From a virus: DNA of 64,000 nucleotides. The notes under the pieces were generated by a model. The model did no database searches and was not told where the DNA came from. It saw nothing but the letters and a program-made list of their open reading frames with translations. Below are positions 20,241 through 29,759 of this stretch, in pieces. The translations under genes were made by a program, and so were the position numbers. Where the stretch lies: positions 1 through 64,000 of the IMG/VR virus record IMGVR_UViG_3300036893_000049. The stretch is one strand, 5' to 3'. The first letter of the stretch is position 1; the number at the start of each line of letters is the position of its first letter.

Positions 20241-20894
20241 TCAGGAATGATAATCGACCGTCACACACAACCAGTCCGGCCGAACGGTGTGTATCGCGCG
20301 ATAGTCCTCCTTCGCATTAGCAAGGAACGAGGTATGTTTGGCAAGCGCACTACTAATAAGCCGATCCCAATTCGTGGGCTGTACGGATACGCCGTTGTAA
20401 ATAGAATCGATCAGCATGGTTTTGGCTTCCAGGTCGCCGCTTTGCCATGCGGGGCCAGCGATGATGACGTGGTCAGCCTCAAGATCGCCGGGGATTTTAC
20501 TGACCACCATCACGTCTCCATATTCTCCTGAGTAGTGATCGAAAAGCGGACACACCTTTATAGGCGATTCAGGAAAGGCGGCACTCCACATCGCATCAAC
20601 CCTGCTGATTTGCGATGCCGGTGAGAGCGTTTCCTTACCAAACACGAGGCCGCTTACCGTGATGCCCTCGGTATTGAGTTGCTTGCGAAAATCTTCCATC
20701 CGTTCAACCCCGAAGGATTTCATCAGTTTGTGGCCGCTCCAACGCCCACCGATCCTCCAATAATCCCAGAAGGCGTGCCCATGCGTTATATTGTAACCTG
20801 GCGCCCCATTCTCGTCGAATGGCTTCATGATTTGGTCGATCGCGGATTTGATATCCGAGACCGGTGGCAGGATTATTTCGGTATGATAGTGCAT
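20241..20894 (-). CDS. hypothetical phage protein
   Basis: MHY...WDYWRIGGRWSG...VTVDYHS; AGGAG Shine-Dalgarno. Confidence 0.7.
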   Translation of the reverse strand: MHYHTEIILPPVSDIKSAIDQIMKPFDENGAPGYNITHGHAFWDYWRIGGRWSGHKLMKSFGVERMEDFRKQLNTEGITVSGLVFGKETLSPASQISRVDAMWSAAFPESPIKVCPLFDHYSGEYGDVMVVSKIPGDLEADHVIIAGPAWQSGDLEAKTMLIDSIYNGVSVQPTNWDRLISSALAKHTSFLANAKEDYRAIHTVRPDWLCVTVDYHS

Positions 20895-20979
20895 TGTATT
20901 CTCCTGTGTGGGGAGGAAGAGCAAACCCGCGCGACCTGGATCGCGAGACCGGCGCGGAACATATCAAGGAATTCTTCGT

Positions 20980-21162
20980 TCATTGGGTTGGTTCCTTCAA
21001 CCTGGCCAACGCCGAACGCCCAAACGTCCTCCGGTATGGTAGCCCATCGATCTCGACTTCAACGGTGGCACTCCATTCGTTGCACCAGACGACGGACCCG
21101 ATCTTGCCATTGAATGGGCCGTCAGCCGCATCCGTTACTCGTACTTTATCGTTATTTTTCAT
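20980..21162 (-). CDS. small KOW/SH3-like protein
   Basis: DKVRVTD..DGPFNGKIGSV. Confidence 0.55.
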   Translation of the reverse strand: MKNNDKVRVTDAADGPFNGKIGSVVWCNEWSATVEVEIDGLPYRRTFGRSALARLKEPTQ

Positions 21163-21235
21163 GTTTGAGCCTCCTGACCGGGTGGGCCGGGTCGCCGGTG
21201 AAAGTGGATTCTGACATGGGGAGTTTCCTTTCGTG

Positions 21236-21526
21236 TTAAAACGTTTTCACCCAACACACCTTCCGTCCGTTCCACTTGTCATCCAGCGCCGTGTCAGACC
21301 AATCGTAAAGTTCGCGCATCACGGCATCGAATTCCTCGGTATTGATAGAAGGGTCGCGAGCCATATCAGCGAATTCCTCGCGGAGTTCGTCGCGCCGCTC
21401 GTCAATGTATGCGTCCCCGAGCGGCGGTAGCAGGCCGAGACGATCGGAGATGGTGCGGGCGATCAGCGGGATATCGTGGGTATCCCATACGTCTTTGATG
21501 TTGAGGGTGCGTTGCCATTGGGCCAC
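21236..21526 (-). CDS. acidic hypothetical protein
   Basis: AGGAG Shine-Dalgarno; EEFDAVMRELYDWSD. Confidence 0.65.
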   Translation of the reverse strand: MAQWQRTLNIKDVWDTHDIPLIARTISDRLGLLPPLGDAYIDERRDELREEFADMARDPSINTEEFDAVMRELYDWSDTALDDKWNGRKVCWVKTF

Positions 21527-21563
21527 GGGGAGTCTCCTGGGGTTGTACTCGTTTTCGCGAAGG

Positions 21564-21962
21564 TTAATTCACATCCCCCGCCGGGCCATTCTCGATATCG
21601 AACTCAACCTCGATATCCAGAGCCTCGGGAGCCTCGATGGCTGGCAGTTCCAGCGATGTCGCGAATTCTTCCCAGGCCGATATCCAGGCCGCGACTTCCT
21701 GGCCTTTGTCGCTCTCCTGCCATTTTTCCGACTTCTCCTCGAATTCGGATAGCTGGTCGGCGTGGAACTGCTCGGCGAATTCGCGGAGATCGGCTACGGC
21801 ATTCTCTGCTGTCCGATACGCGGTTTCCAGGTCTGCGTAGGCGGTTAGCACGGCCTCGTTAAATGTTTCCCGTGCTTCTTCCATTGCCTCGGTCGCATCC
21901 CGAACCGCCGATGACAGATCGTCGTATTGCTTGGTCTCGCGTTTGTCCATTTTGAAGGGCAT
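21564..21962 (-). CDS. highly acidic helical protein
   Basis: D/E-rich; GGAG Shine-Dalgarno before MPFK. Confidence 0.7.
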   Translation of the reverse strand: MPFKMDKRETKQYDDLSSAVRDATEAMEEARETFNEAVLTAYADLETAYRTAENAVADLREFAEQFHADQLSEFEEKSEKWQESDKGQEVAAWISAWEEFATSLELPAIEAPEALDIEVEFDIENGPAGDVN

Positions 21963-22550
21963 CTTTGTTCTCCATCGCCGGACCATCCCGGCGGGTTGAT
22001 GTTAAGTCCGGTCTCGTCTCACGCGGGCGTCTCTCGTGCCCGCGTGCGCAGCGCCACAGGTGCACACCGTAATGCCAGGATCGGCACATGTTGCCGGTGC
22101 CAGAGTTTGCGCTGAACCAATACCAGCGCCCGCGCGTGCCGCCGGCCAGGAGTGCCGCTTTCACGGCCTCCGAGGTGTACGGGCGCGCCTCGTAAGCGCC
22201 ATCACGTCTACGGAACACAAGCCAGTCCCGATGGCCTTTCATGGCTTTGCGGCGCGCTTCAACAAAGGCGGAAGTGTCGGCGGTGACGATCAACGTCGCG
22301 GCTGGCGTCGGCATCGCTCAGACCCTCCTGAGATATTGAGCCGCCTCAATAATCGCGGCCTCTTTGTTGTTGGCGCCAAGCAAAACCGGCTCGCCGGGGA
22401 CCGAAAAAATAATGACATCTTCCGGGCCTATCAGGACCCAATCGCCGTCACTGTCCTGGCAGACCTTATATCCAATGGGGAGTTTGTTTGGCATTTTGTA
22501 TCCTCCTGGTGTTCAACCCTGATCCGGTCGGGCCGGATCAAGGCAGAGCG

Positions 22551-22835
22551 TCAGGCGTCTACGGCGCGGATAAGCGCCAATGCGCCCCGATAGACCGGTT
22601 CCATGGTGCCGTTCTGTTCGTGGGAATTGGTGCTTTCCACCCAGGCCCGCAGATACTTCAACAGGTCAGGCGCGGCGGCTATCAGCCGAACGTTGGCCGC
22701 TTGCTCTGGCGTACGTTTACCCAAACCGGAACAATCTGCCACGATCTGGTAATCCTGTTCTGGGCCGGGCGAATATCTGACCAGACAACCACCATATTCT
22801 AAATCGGCCTCCCATGGTCCTGGCGTATGCGACAT
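22551..22835 (-). CDS. HTPGPW-family phage protein
   Basis: MSHTPGPW...ANVRLIAAAPDLL. Confidence 0.7.
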   Translation of the reverse strand: MSHTPGPWEADLEYGGCLVRYSPGPEQDYQIVADCSGLGKRTPEQAANVRLIAAAPDLLKYLRAWVESTNSHEQNGTMEPVYRGALALIRAVDA

Positions 22836-22838
22836 CGT

Positions 22839-23126
22839 TCAGTCCTCCTGGTTGTCAAGACTGCCACCCCTCGCGGGACAGTCAGCCCAGATCATCCGCA
22901 TGTTATCCCGGCGCCGACTCCGGGCATGGAACCCAGTGGGCAGTTCCGCACCCGCGAGTAATGCTGACACGACGCCTTCAAGGCCGGGGAGATGCCAGAC
23001 GTGCGTCACGTCGATCTGTTCGCCCGTGCTGTCCACCGTCAGTTCGCGTGGGCTGGTGCCATTGATCCGAGACGAAAGGCGCGTCGTCCCGCAAGAGATT
23101 GAGCCGTCAGCGTATATTTTAAGCAT
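22839..23126 (-). CDS. hypothetical protein
   Basis: AGGAGG Shine-Dalgarno. Confidence 0.55.
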   Translation of the reverse strand: MLKIYADGSISCGTTRLSSRINGTSPRELTVDSTGEQIDVTHVWHLPGLEGVVSALLAGAELPTGFHARSRRRDNMRMIWADCPARGGSLDNQED

Positions 23127-23159
23127 TGTGTATCCTCCTGGTTGTCAAGACTGCCACCC
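22843..23159. repeat. 27-bp direct repeat (22843-22869, 23133-23159) bracketing a gene
   Basis: TCCTCCTGGTTGTCAAGACTGCCACCC present twice. Confidence 0.85.
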
Positions 23160-23197
23160 TCGGGGGTGACAATCCAAACGATCAGGCTGCGAGCAGA

Positions 23198-23866
23198 TCA
23201 CCATCCGAATTTGTCGCGACATATCGGCCCGATACCGAGGTCGATACTTTCTTTGTTCGTCAACTCACGCCCGCAGCATCCGCACGATCCGGTTTTCTGC
23301 CCATAGGCAACCGCCGCTTTGTGTGGGTCAGACGCCACCTTAATCACACTGGCCGTGGTCGCGCTGTCGCAGGCGAACGATGGCCGGAACCGCCCCTCGG
23401 ATACCTTGCCGAGGTACTCGCCGGACTGTTTAACGTAGATCGCCCCCGCGTTGTTGCCGTGGTCAGGCGCGCGGGAGAAAACAAAAGTGGCCAGTCTGAG
23501 TTTCGGCCGCTTGATTCCATTCGCACGCGCCGCCTCGAACGCGGTTACGATGGCATCTACCGTAATTTCAGCAGTTTCAACCTCGCGGCCAGTGCCATTG
23601 CAGGCGAAACATGCGCGGCCACGACGCCACTCGCCAGACCCGAGGCACTTCACACAATCGCCGGGTTGCAATTCAACCGCGATGTGCCGCTGTAGTCCGG
23701 AGCCGTCGCAAGCGAAGCATGGTCCGAAGGGTTTGCCGTTGCGGCCGAGGAACTTACCGCCTCCGCCGCACTTCGCACAGAGAATGTCAGGCACAGGAGC
23801 GTCGTCGCCGATGTCCATTTCGATGCCGAATAGCGCGGACAGATTGGTGTCTGTCAAACGATCCAT
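23198..23866 (-). CDS. Zn-finger protein (CxxCxGxG repeats plus DUF6011-like C-terminus)
   Basis: four CxxCxGxG motifs; CGCCGRELTNKESIDLGIGPIC. Confidence 0.75.
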   Translation of the reverse strand: MDRLTDTNLSALFGIEMDIGDDAPVPDILCAKCGGGGKFLGRNGKPFGPCFACDGSGLQRHIAVELQPGDCVKCLGSGEWRRGRACFACNGTGREVETAEITVDAIVTAFEAARANGIKRPKLRLATFVFSRAPDHGNNAGAIYVKQSGEYLGKVSEGRFRPSFACDSATTASVIKVASDPHKAAVAYGQKTGSCGCCGRELTNKESIDLGIGPICRDKFGW

Positions 23867-24325
23867 TTTTGTGTCCTCCTATGGAAAGGCCACCCGTCGC
23901 CGGGGATGGCGGGTCAGGCCGCCGCTTTCTGATAAACCCGGTCCCATCCATTGGTCTGGGTTGGCGTCTCTACGCCAACGCACCGCGTGGCGAAGGACCA
24001 CACCATATCCATCAGCGCCGCCTTGCTCATGCTTTCGATTTCCGGCTGGCAGGTAGTCGGGATCAAAACGGGTCTTTGATTTTTCAGGTTCATCGTAAGG
24101 GCCTCCTGTAGTGGATTGCCTCATGCTCATCAGGAAGATCATCACCGGGTCTCTGGCAGCCCCAATATCCGTCGAGAAGCTGCACCCACTCGATAGGGCC
24201 ATCCTTGGCCATCGCGTCCCAGAATGACCGTGCTGCTTCACAGTTCGCGGGAGGACGGGAATGATATCGTTTTCCAGTCCCCATGCGGAACACTGCTGAA
24301 AGGTTCCAACCGGCTGGCAGCCCGC

Positions 24326-24523
24326 TCACGCTGGTTGCCAAACTCTCGGCCCCTTGGAATGGCCCAGATGCACGGTCATGGCTCGCACGCACCCGCCTCT
24401 CTTGTTCAGTATCCGCCGCGCGCCAAGTTCAGTCTTCGCGTATCCGAGCACGTAGCGGTCACCTTCCCCCTTGCTGTATGCGGGGTGCGTGACGGGCAAT
24501 GCGGTTGTTTCGACCTGTTTCAT
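24326..24523 (-). CDS. hypothetical protein
   Basis: operonic small ORF. Confidence 0.45.
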   Translation of the reverse strand: MKQVETTALPVTHPAYSKGEGDRYVLGYAKTELGARRILNKRGGCVRAMTVHLGHSKGPRVWQPA

Positions 24524-24526
24524 GGC

Positions 24527-24847
24527 TCAGCCCTCCACTTTGGCAATGATGCGGTCGGCATCGACCAGACACAGATCAGCCCGGCTTTCCGACCATCCGA
24601 GGTCAATGAGCGCCTTCCGGTAGCGGGTGCGCATCTTACGCAGTTCCATCAGCATGTCGGGAGCCGCTGCAATCAGCCGCCCGTCCGCGTCCGCTTTCGG
24701 CTGGTCTGTGTTCTCGAAATTGACGGTGGCCACCAGGGCTTGGATGTCCTCCCCGCTGCGGTCGTCCATCTGAACGGCACCGCTTTCACGGTCATAGAAC
24801 CAGGGGCCTGTGGTGTGGGTCATGCTGTTGTGGTAGAACGGGTCCAT
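24527..24847 (-). CDS. HTPGPW-family paralog
   Basis: THTTGPW...ADGRLIAAAPDML. Confidence 0.7.
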   Translation of the reverse strand: MDPFYHNSMTHTTGPWFYDRESGAVQMDDRSGEDIQALVATVNFENTDQPKADADGRLIAAAPDMLMELRKMRTRYRKALIDLGWSESRADLCLVDADRIIAKVEG

Positions 24848-24904
24848 CTTCGTCTCTCCTGTTTGGGATGGCGGGGAAGCCGGACGGGGCCGGAGCCCCG
24901 TTGT

Positions 24905-25111
24905 CTATGCTGACGCGAAGCCGACCATTTCGCCGCGCCAGTAGTTGGCTGTCGCCGCGAAAAATGCCGCGTTATCCCGCGCCTGTTTCGCGTGTCCGGG
25001 TTGTCCTTCTTCGATTGCCAGGACGGCGCGGCCCTCGGCATGGGCTGCCCAGAGATCGTATTGAGCGATCCATGCCGGGACGCGATCAAGGTTGATTTCG
25101 TTGAGTGTCAT
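24905..25111 (-). CDS. hypothetical protein, first gene of the leftward operon
   Basis: AGGAGG Shine-Dalgarno. Confidence 0.6.
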   Translation of the reverse strand: MTLNEINLDRVPAWIAQYDLWAAHAEGRAVLAIEEGQPGHAKQARDNAAFFAATANYWRGEMVGFASA

Positions 25112-25250
25112 CTCATCCTCCTATCCAAAACCCCAGGACGATCCGGGGGCTTGAGAGAGTAGGCTGTCCGGGAGGTCCCGATCTTGAAGCAGGCGTTAAT
25201 CCTGCGAACGATCCGGGAGGCCCGATCGCCTGTCGTCCGGCGATAGGGGG

Positions 25251-25279
25251 AATGTAGCGAAAGCGTATTGCGCCGTCAA
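25251..25279 (-). promoter_or_regulatory. leftward sigma70 promoter
   Basis: TTGACG-N17-TACATT on the minus strand. Confidence 0.75.
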
Positions 25280-25322
25280 TTGCGCTTTTCGCATACCTGT
25301 ATTGCGCTAGGCGTATTGCGCT
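25264..25322. promoter_or_regulatory. operator-like direct repeats
   Basis: four copies of (GT)ATTGCGC overlapping both divergent promoters. Confidence 0.65.
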
Positions 25323-25344
25323 ACCGCGTCCGAATCGGTATGGT
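25316..25344 (+). promoter_or_regulatory. rightward sigma70 promoter, probably giving a leaderless mRNA
   Basis: TTGCGC-N17-TATGGT, 6 nt before ATG 25351. Confidence 0.6.
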
Positions 25345-25350
25345 CCGCCC

Positions 25351-25596
25351 ATGAGCAACGCCCAGATCACCCGAAACACACGCAACCTCACGATGCGCCT
25401 CCCGCTCGACCTCTATAATAAGGCGCGGGAGAAGGCGTCTGGGGGTAGCCTGAAGCCGGTCATCGAGGCTGGACTCCGTGAGGCGTGGGATATGCCGGTG
25501 GTAATATCTGGTGAGGGGGCTGACACGTCGGTGAGCGAACCTACTGAGGAAATCGAGGTCACGTCCGAGATGATCGAGGCGCGGAAGGTGGGATGA
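25351..25596 (+). CDS. Arc/CopG-like RHH repressor
   Basis: RNLTMRLPLDLYNKAREKA...SLKPVIEAGL. Confidence 0.7.
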   Translation: MSNAQITRNTRNLTMRLPLDLYNKAREKASGGSLKPVIEAGLREAWDMPVVISGEGADTSVSEPTEEIEVTSEMIEARKVG

Positions 25597-26819
25597 GGGT
25601 GGTCATGCAGGCCACGAAAGGACGGCTCTACGGCGGCGGACTCGGAACCGTCGCGCGGATCGGCGGCCAGTGCCGGGCCGTGTGGAACCTGTTCGTTGCG
25701 GAGAGCGCCGAACGCTATAAGGCCGAGGGCAAGTTCGTTTTCTATGCTGAAATGTCGGCTCGGCTGCCGAAGTTGTTGAAGGAAGACGCGCGCCTTGCCG
25801 GGTTGCCGCACCGCGCGGCACAGATGACCGTGCAGAAGCTGGATCGGGCGTTGCGCGACTGCGCCAAGAGCAAGGGGAAGGCGCGACGCGGCTTTCCGCG
25901 CTTCAAGAAATACGCTGACAGGTCCGACGCTTTTTCGTTCGTTGGCCGCGAGGTCCGCGTTGAACCGGGTCGCATCCGACTGCCGAAGGTCGGCTGGCTT
26001 CGCGTGCGCGGCATGACCTTGCCCGATGGCGCTGACATGAAGCAGGTCGCCGTGACGCAAGAGCCGAATGGCTGGCACGTCTCCATCCAGTTCGAAGCCG
26101 CGCCGAAGCTCTACGCCGTGCCGACGCTTCCTGCGGTCGGTATCGACGGCGGCTTGATCCATCTGGCGACACTGAGCGACGGCACCCTCATTCCGCATCC
26201 ACGGCTTGCCAGGAAGGCCGCGAAGCGGCTGCGCCGGTTGAACCGGGAACGCGATCGGCGGCGCAAGGGCAGCGTGAACCGCCGACGCACCGTGGCCAAA
26301 CTCGGGCGCGCACATCGCGCGCTGGGCAACGCCCGCAAGGATGCGATGCACAAGGCCACCCGGAAACTGGTGGACACATACGGCGGCTTCGCCGTCGAGG
26401 ATTTGAGCCTGCGAGGCATGATGCGGACCCGGATGGCGGGTTCGCTGGCCGATGCTGGGCTGGGAGAGTTCGTCAGGACGCTCCACTACAAGGCCGATTG
26501 GGCGGGGCGAACGTGGCACGTTCACGGGCGCTTCGAACGCAGCACGGGCGTCTGTCCGGACTGCGGCCAAGTCGGCGGCAAGCTTGCCCTGTCCGTCAGG
26601 AGTTGGGTTTGCGATAGCTGCGGCGCGGTTCACGATCGCGACGTTGCCGCCGCCAGGGTGATCCTGGCTGGCGCGGTACTGCCAGTGGGGCAGGAACCGT
26701 CGGCTGCGATGCCGAGAAAGCGAGGCGCTGCCGCTCGTGGCGGGGATCGGGCATCCGCTCGGTCTAGTCACGGCGGGCCACCTCCGAATGTTGCCGATGC
26801 TCTGCCGGAGGCTGCATGA
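25593..26819 (+). CDS. tnpB: RNA-guided endonuclease TnpB (IS200/IS605 family), no tnpA
   Basis: CRAVWN, GFPRFKK, IRLPKVGW, RuvC-I VGIDGG, RuvC-II AVEDL, Zn finger CPDC/CDSC, RuvC-III HDRDVAAA. Confidence 0.92.
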   Translation: MRVVMQATKGRLYGGGLGTVARIGGQCRAVWNLFVAESAERYKAEGKFVFYAEMSARLPKLLKEDARLAGLPHRAAQMTVQKLDRALRDCAKSKGKARRGFPRFKKYADRSDAFSFVGREVRVEPGRIRLPKVGWLRVRGMTLPDGADMKQVAVTQEPNGWHVSIQFEAAPKLYAVPTLPAVGIDGGLIHLATLSDGTLIPHPRLARKAAKRLRRLNRERDRRRKGSVNRRRTVAKLGRAHRALGNARKDAMHKATRKLVDTYGGFAVEDLSLRGMMRTRMAGSLADAGLGEFVRTLHYKADWAGRTWHVHGRFERSTGVCPDCGQVGGKLALSVRSWVCDSCGAVHDRDVAAARVILAGAVLPVGQEPSAAMPRKRGAAARGGDRASARSSHGGPPPNVADALPEAA

Positions 26820-27067
26820 GCAAAAGCAATAACCCCGATCCCGATCTTGACAAAATCACGGAATCGCCCCGATTGTCCGTCCCGCGCAATGTGGAGCCGA
26901 CATGCCGGACACCATTCCAATCGCCGCTGCGGACATCCCGCCGGATGATAAATACGATGCTATCCTGGCAATGCTGCACCGGATCGATGCCCGGGTTGAG
27001 GCGCAGGGACGGGAGATACGGACGCTGGTCGAGATGCTGCGGTCGCGGGCTACCCTTCCGCCGGTCG

Positions 27068-27887
27068 GGTATCGTTGATGGCCACAATCGCCGAAAGCGC
27101 CGTTACCAAACCCGCCCGAATCGCCGAAAGCGCCGCCACCAAACCCGCCCGTAAACGACAGCGCCGCTCAGCCGAGTGCCAGCGGGAGCAGGTTCGCCGA
27201 AACCGCGAACGCCGGGCCGCCCGTGCGGAGGCGGATCGAATCGCCGCGGCGGAGGCGGAGCAGCGCCGGGCCGATGACAGGGAACGCCGGGCCGAGGCCA
27301 TCGCTCCGGCATTTCTTCGCAACCCGGTGGTCGTCCCCAAGGGTCGCATGATTGTTGGCCCGCGAATCCAGATCAATGGCAACCATGCTGTTCGAGGTGT
27401 CGAATTTCCATTCGCCTCCCGCCGCGCGCGCCGGGCTATTTCCATGCTCCGGCAGGACTGGGCCGATGTGGGCGCCGGTCTCACCGCGGGCACGGCAAAC
27501 TATGTGGGAATCACCGGGGGCGGATCGGATGCGCCGATCTCAGGCAAGGACTCCGCCATGCTGGCCCAGATCGAAATGCGAGCCCGGCTTGACGGTGCGA
27601 TGACATACGTCGGGGCATTCGCCCCGTGTCTCGCCAGGATCGTGCTGGATTGCATCCCCGTCGCGACATGGGCGATAGAACAGGCCATCCCAATTACGCC
27701 CGACGCCGCCATGAAGCACGTCCTCGCGGCGTTCAACCGGCTCGCGGATTGGTATTGTCCCACGAAACTCGTCGAAATCGGAACCCGCACGTTCGTCATC
27801 GCGCCGCCGCGCGAAGCCTATGCGGTGCCAGGCCAGGACTATGCCGGTCCCGAATATGATGAGCGGGGACGGCAGATTGGGGCTTGA
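27068..27887 (+). CDS. DUF6456-like putative late transcription regulator
   Basis: position just before terminase; RARLDGAM...LARIVLD...RLADWY; start uncertain. Confidence 0.5.
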
Positions 27888-27973
27888 CACGATACCCCAC
27901 AATGCAATAGAGAATCGGACAGGGTCGTATTTTGCGGCCTGTCTCAAATAGTAAACAGATAGTGAGATAGTGA

Positions 27974-28360
27974 ATGCCTGCTGGTGCCGCCCCCGGTGAG
28001 CGGCGGGGTGGTCGGCAAAAAGGTACAACCAACAAACTGACCAAGGCCCGCGATGAATCTGAGAAGGCCGCTCGCGCCGTTGCCTTTGGAAGTTTGACCG
28101 AAGATCAGATTCAAGCCCTGACGCCGAAGGATATCTTTCGTCTTGTGGCACACCATGCGGTGCGGACGATGGATATCCCTCTGATGCTCAAGGCCGCGTC
28201 TGAACTGGCCCCATACGTACATCCGCGCCTGACCGCGACCACGTTGGAAGCTAATGTCCGTAGCAGCCCGAGCGATTACACGGATGCCGAACTCCTGGCG
28301 CTCGCAAGTGCCGGAATGGGCGAAGAAGGAGATGGCGAGGCGATCAGCGGCCCGCACTAA
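27974..28360 (+). CDS. terminase small subunit
   Basis: GGRQKGTTNK, ASELAPYVHPRL, YTDAEL motifs; upstream of terL. Confidence 0.8.
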   Translation: MPAGAAPGERRGGRQKGTTNKLTKARDESEKAARAVAFGSLTEDQIQALTPKDIFRLVAHHAVRTMDIPLMLKAASELAPYVHPRLTATTLEANVRSSPSDYTDAELLALASAGMGEEGDGEAISGPH

Positions 28361-29759
28361 GCTGCTCGGATTTGTCCAGTATACGTATCCCACTTATATC
28401 CCAGCCGGACACCACGGACTGATCTGTGAAAAACTGGAGGCGGTCGAACGCGGTGAATGTAAGCGGCTTATGATTCTAATGCCGCCGCGCCATGGGAAAA
28501 GCCAGCTTGTCTCTCGACATTTCCCGGCATGGTATATCGGCCGGAATCCAACAAAGCAGATTATTAGTGCCTCCTACGCCTCGGACCTTGCATCTGGCTT
28601 TGGCCGCGATGTCCGCAATCTGGTTGCCAGCCAAGAGTTCGCCGCGATCTTTCCCGGCGTTCGTTTGGCTGATGACAGTGCGGCGAAAAATCTCTGGCAC
28701 ACCACACAGGGCGGTATCTATGTCGCGGCGGGGGTGGGCACGGGCATCACCGGCAAGGGAGCCGACATTTTGAACATTGACGATCCGGTAAAGGACCGGG
28801 CGGAGGCGGAAAGTCAGACTATCCGGGATGGTATCCTCGCGTGGTACACGTCAACTTCATACACGCGATTGATGCCCGGTGCCGCGGTAATCCTGACCAT
28901 GACTCGCTGGCATGAAGACGATCTCGGCGGCACGTTGTTGCAGATGGCCGGGGGTGACAAGTGGGACGTGCTGTCACTCCCCGCACTGGCATCAGCCAAC
29001 GACGACCCGCTTGGCCGAGCCGCGAATGAAGCTCTCTGGCCAGCGTGGTACGATGAGACCGCGCTTGCGAAGATCCGGGCGAACATAGGCGAGCGGGATT
29101 TCGGTGCGCTTTATCAACAAGACCCTCGACCGGCCGGGACATCCTTTTTCGATGTTCAATGTTGCCTCGTCGATGGCCAGCCGGTTGATGCGCCAAAAAA
29201 CTGCGAAAGTGTATTCGCTGTCATGGACACGGCGATTAAGACCGGCACGAAAAACGATGGGACCGGCATTCTGTATTGTGCTTTTTCTCCACATTTCGGC
29301 TACCAACTAACGATTCTGGATTGGGAAATTCAGCAGATCGAAGGTGCGATGTTGGAGACGTGGTTTCCTGTCATTTACGAAACCCTGGAAGGCTACGCCA
29401 AGGCTCAGCGGGCGCGAATGGGCGCGCTGGGAGTCTATATCGAGGACAAGGCGAGCGGAAGCATTCTTCTTCAGCAAGCCGCTCGGCGGGGTTGGCCAGC
29501 GAAAGCGATCGAAAGCGGGTTGACCGCGGTCGGTAAGGACGAACGAGCGATATCCGTCTCGGGATACGTTACCAGGGGCGATGTTAAAATATCACGTCAC
29601 GCCTATGAGAAGATCACGAATTACAAAGGCCGGAACGGCAACCATTTCCTGATGCAGGTGTTTCGATTCCAGGTCGGTGTGAAGGATCAGGCGGACGACC
29701 TGCTAGACTGCTTTACATATTCCGCGGCGCTGGCTTTGGGTAACTCAGACGGGTATTGA
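28332..29759 (+). CDS. terL: terminase large subunit
   Basis: MPPRHGKS, IDDPVK, TRWHEDDL, YQQDP, IEDKASG, DDLLD motifs. Confidence 0.95.
   Translation: MARRSAARTKLLGFVQYTYPTYIPAGHHGLICEKLEAVERGECKRLMILMPPRHGKSQLVSRHFPAWYIGRNPTKQIISASYASDLASGFGRDVRNLVASQEFAAIFPGVRLADDSAAKNLWHTTQGGIYVAAGVGTGITGKGADILNIDDPVKDRAEAESQTIRDGILAWYTSTSYTRLMPGAAVILTMTRWHEDDLGGTLLQMAGGDKWDVLSLPALASANDDPLGRAANEALWPAWYDETALAKIRANIGERDFGALYQQDPRPAGTSFFDVQCCLVDGQPVDAPKNCESVFAVMDTAIKTGTKNDGTGILYCAFSPHFGYQLTILDWEIQQIEGAMLETWFPVIYETLEGYAKAQRARMGALGVYIEDKASGSILLQQAARRGWPAKAIESGLTAVGKDERAISVSGYVTRGDVKISRHAYEKITNYKGRNGNHFLMQVFRFQVGVKDQADDLLDCFTYSAALALGNSDGY

Noticed and set aside
23573-23593. Partial gapped match (ACnGGnCGnGAnGTnGAnAC, minus strand) to the array dinucleotide string
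   Set aside because: It covers only 7 of 16 units with one mismatch and the flanks do not match, so it is plausible by chance. My scan by eye was not exhaustive.
25413-26771. Long antisense ORFs (also 3070-4032, 7147-8118, 13327-14307, 33924-34808)
   Set aside because: These are shadow ORFs of GC-rich coding sequence opposite better-supported genes.
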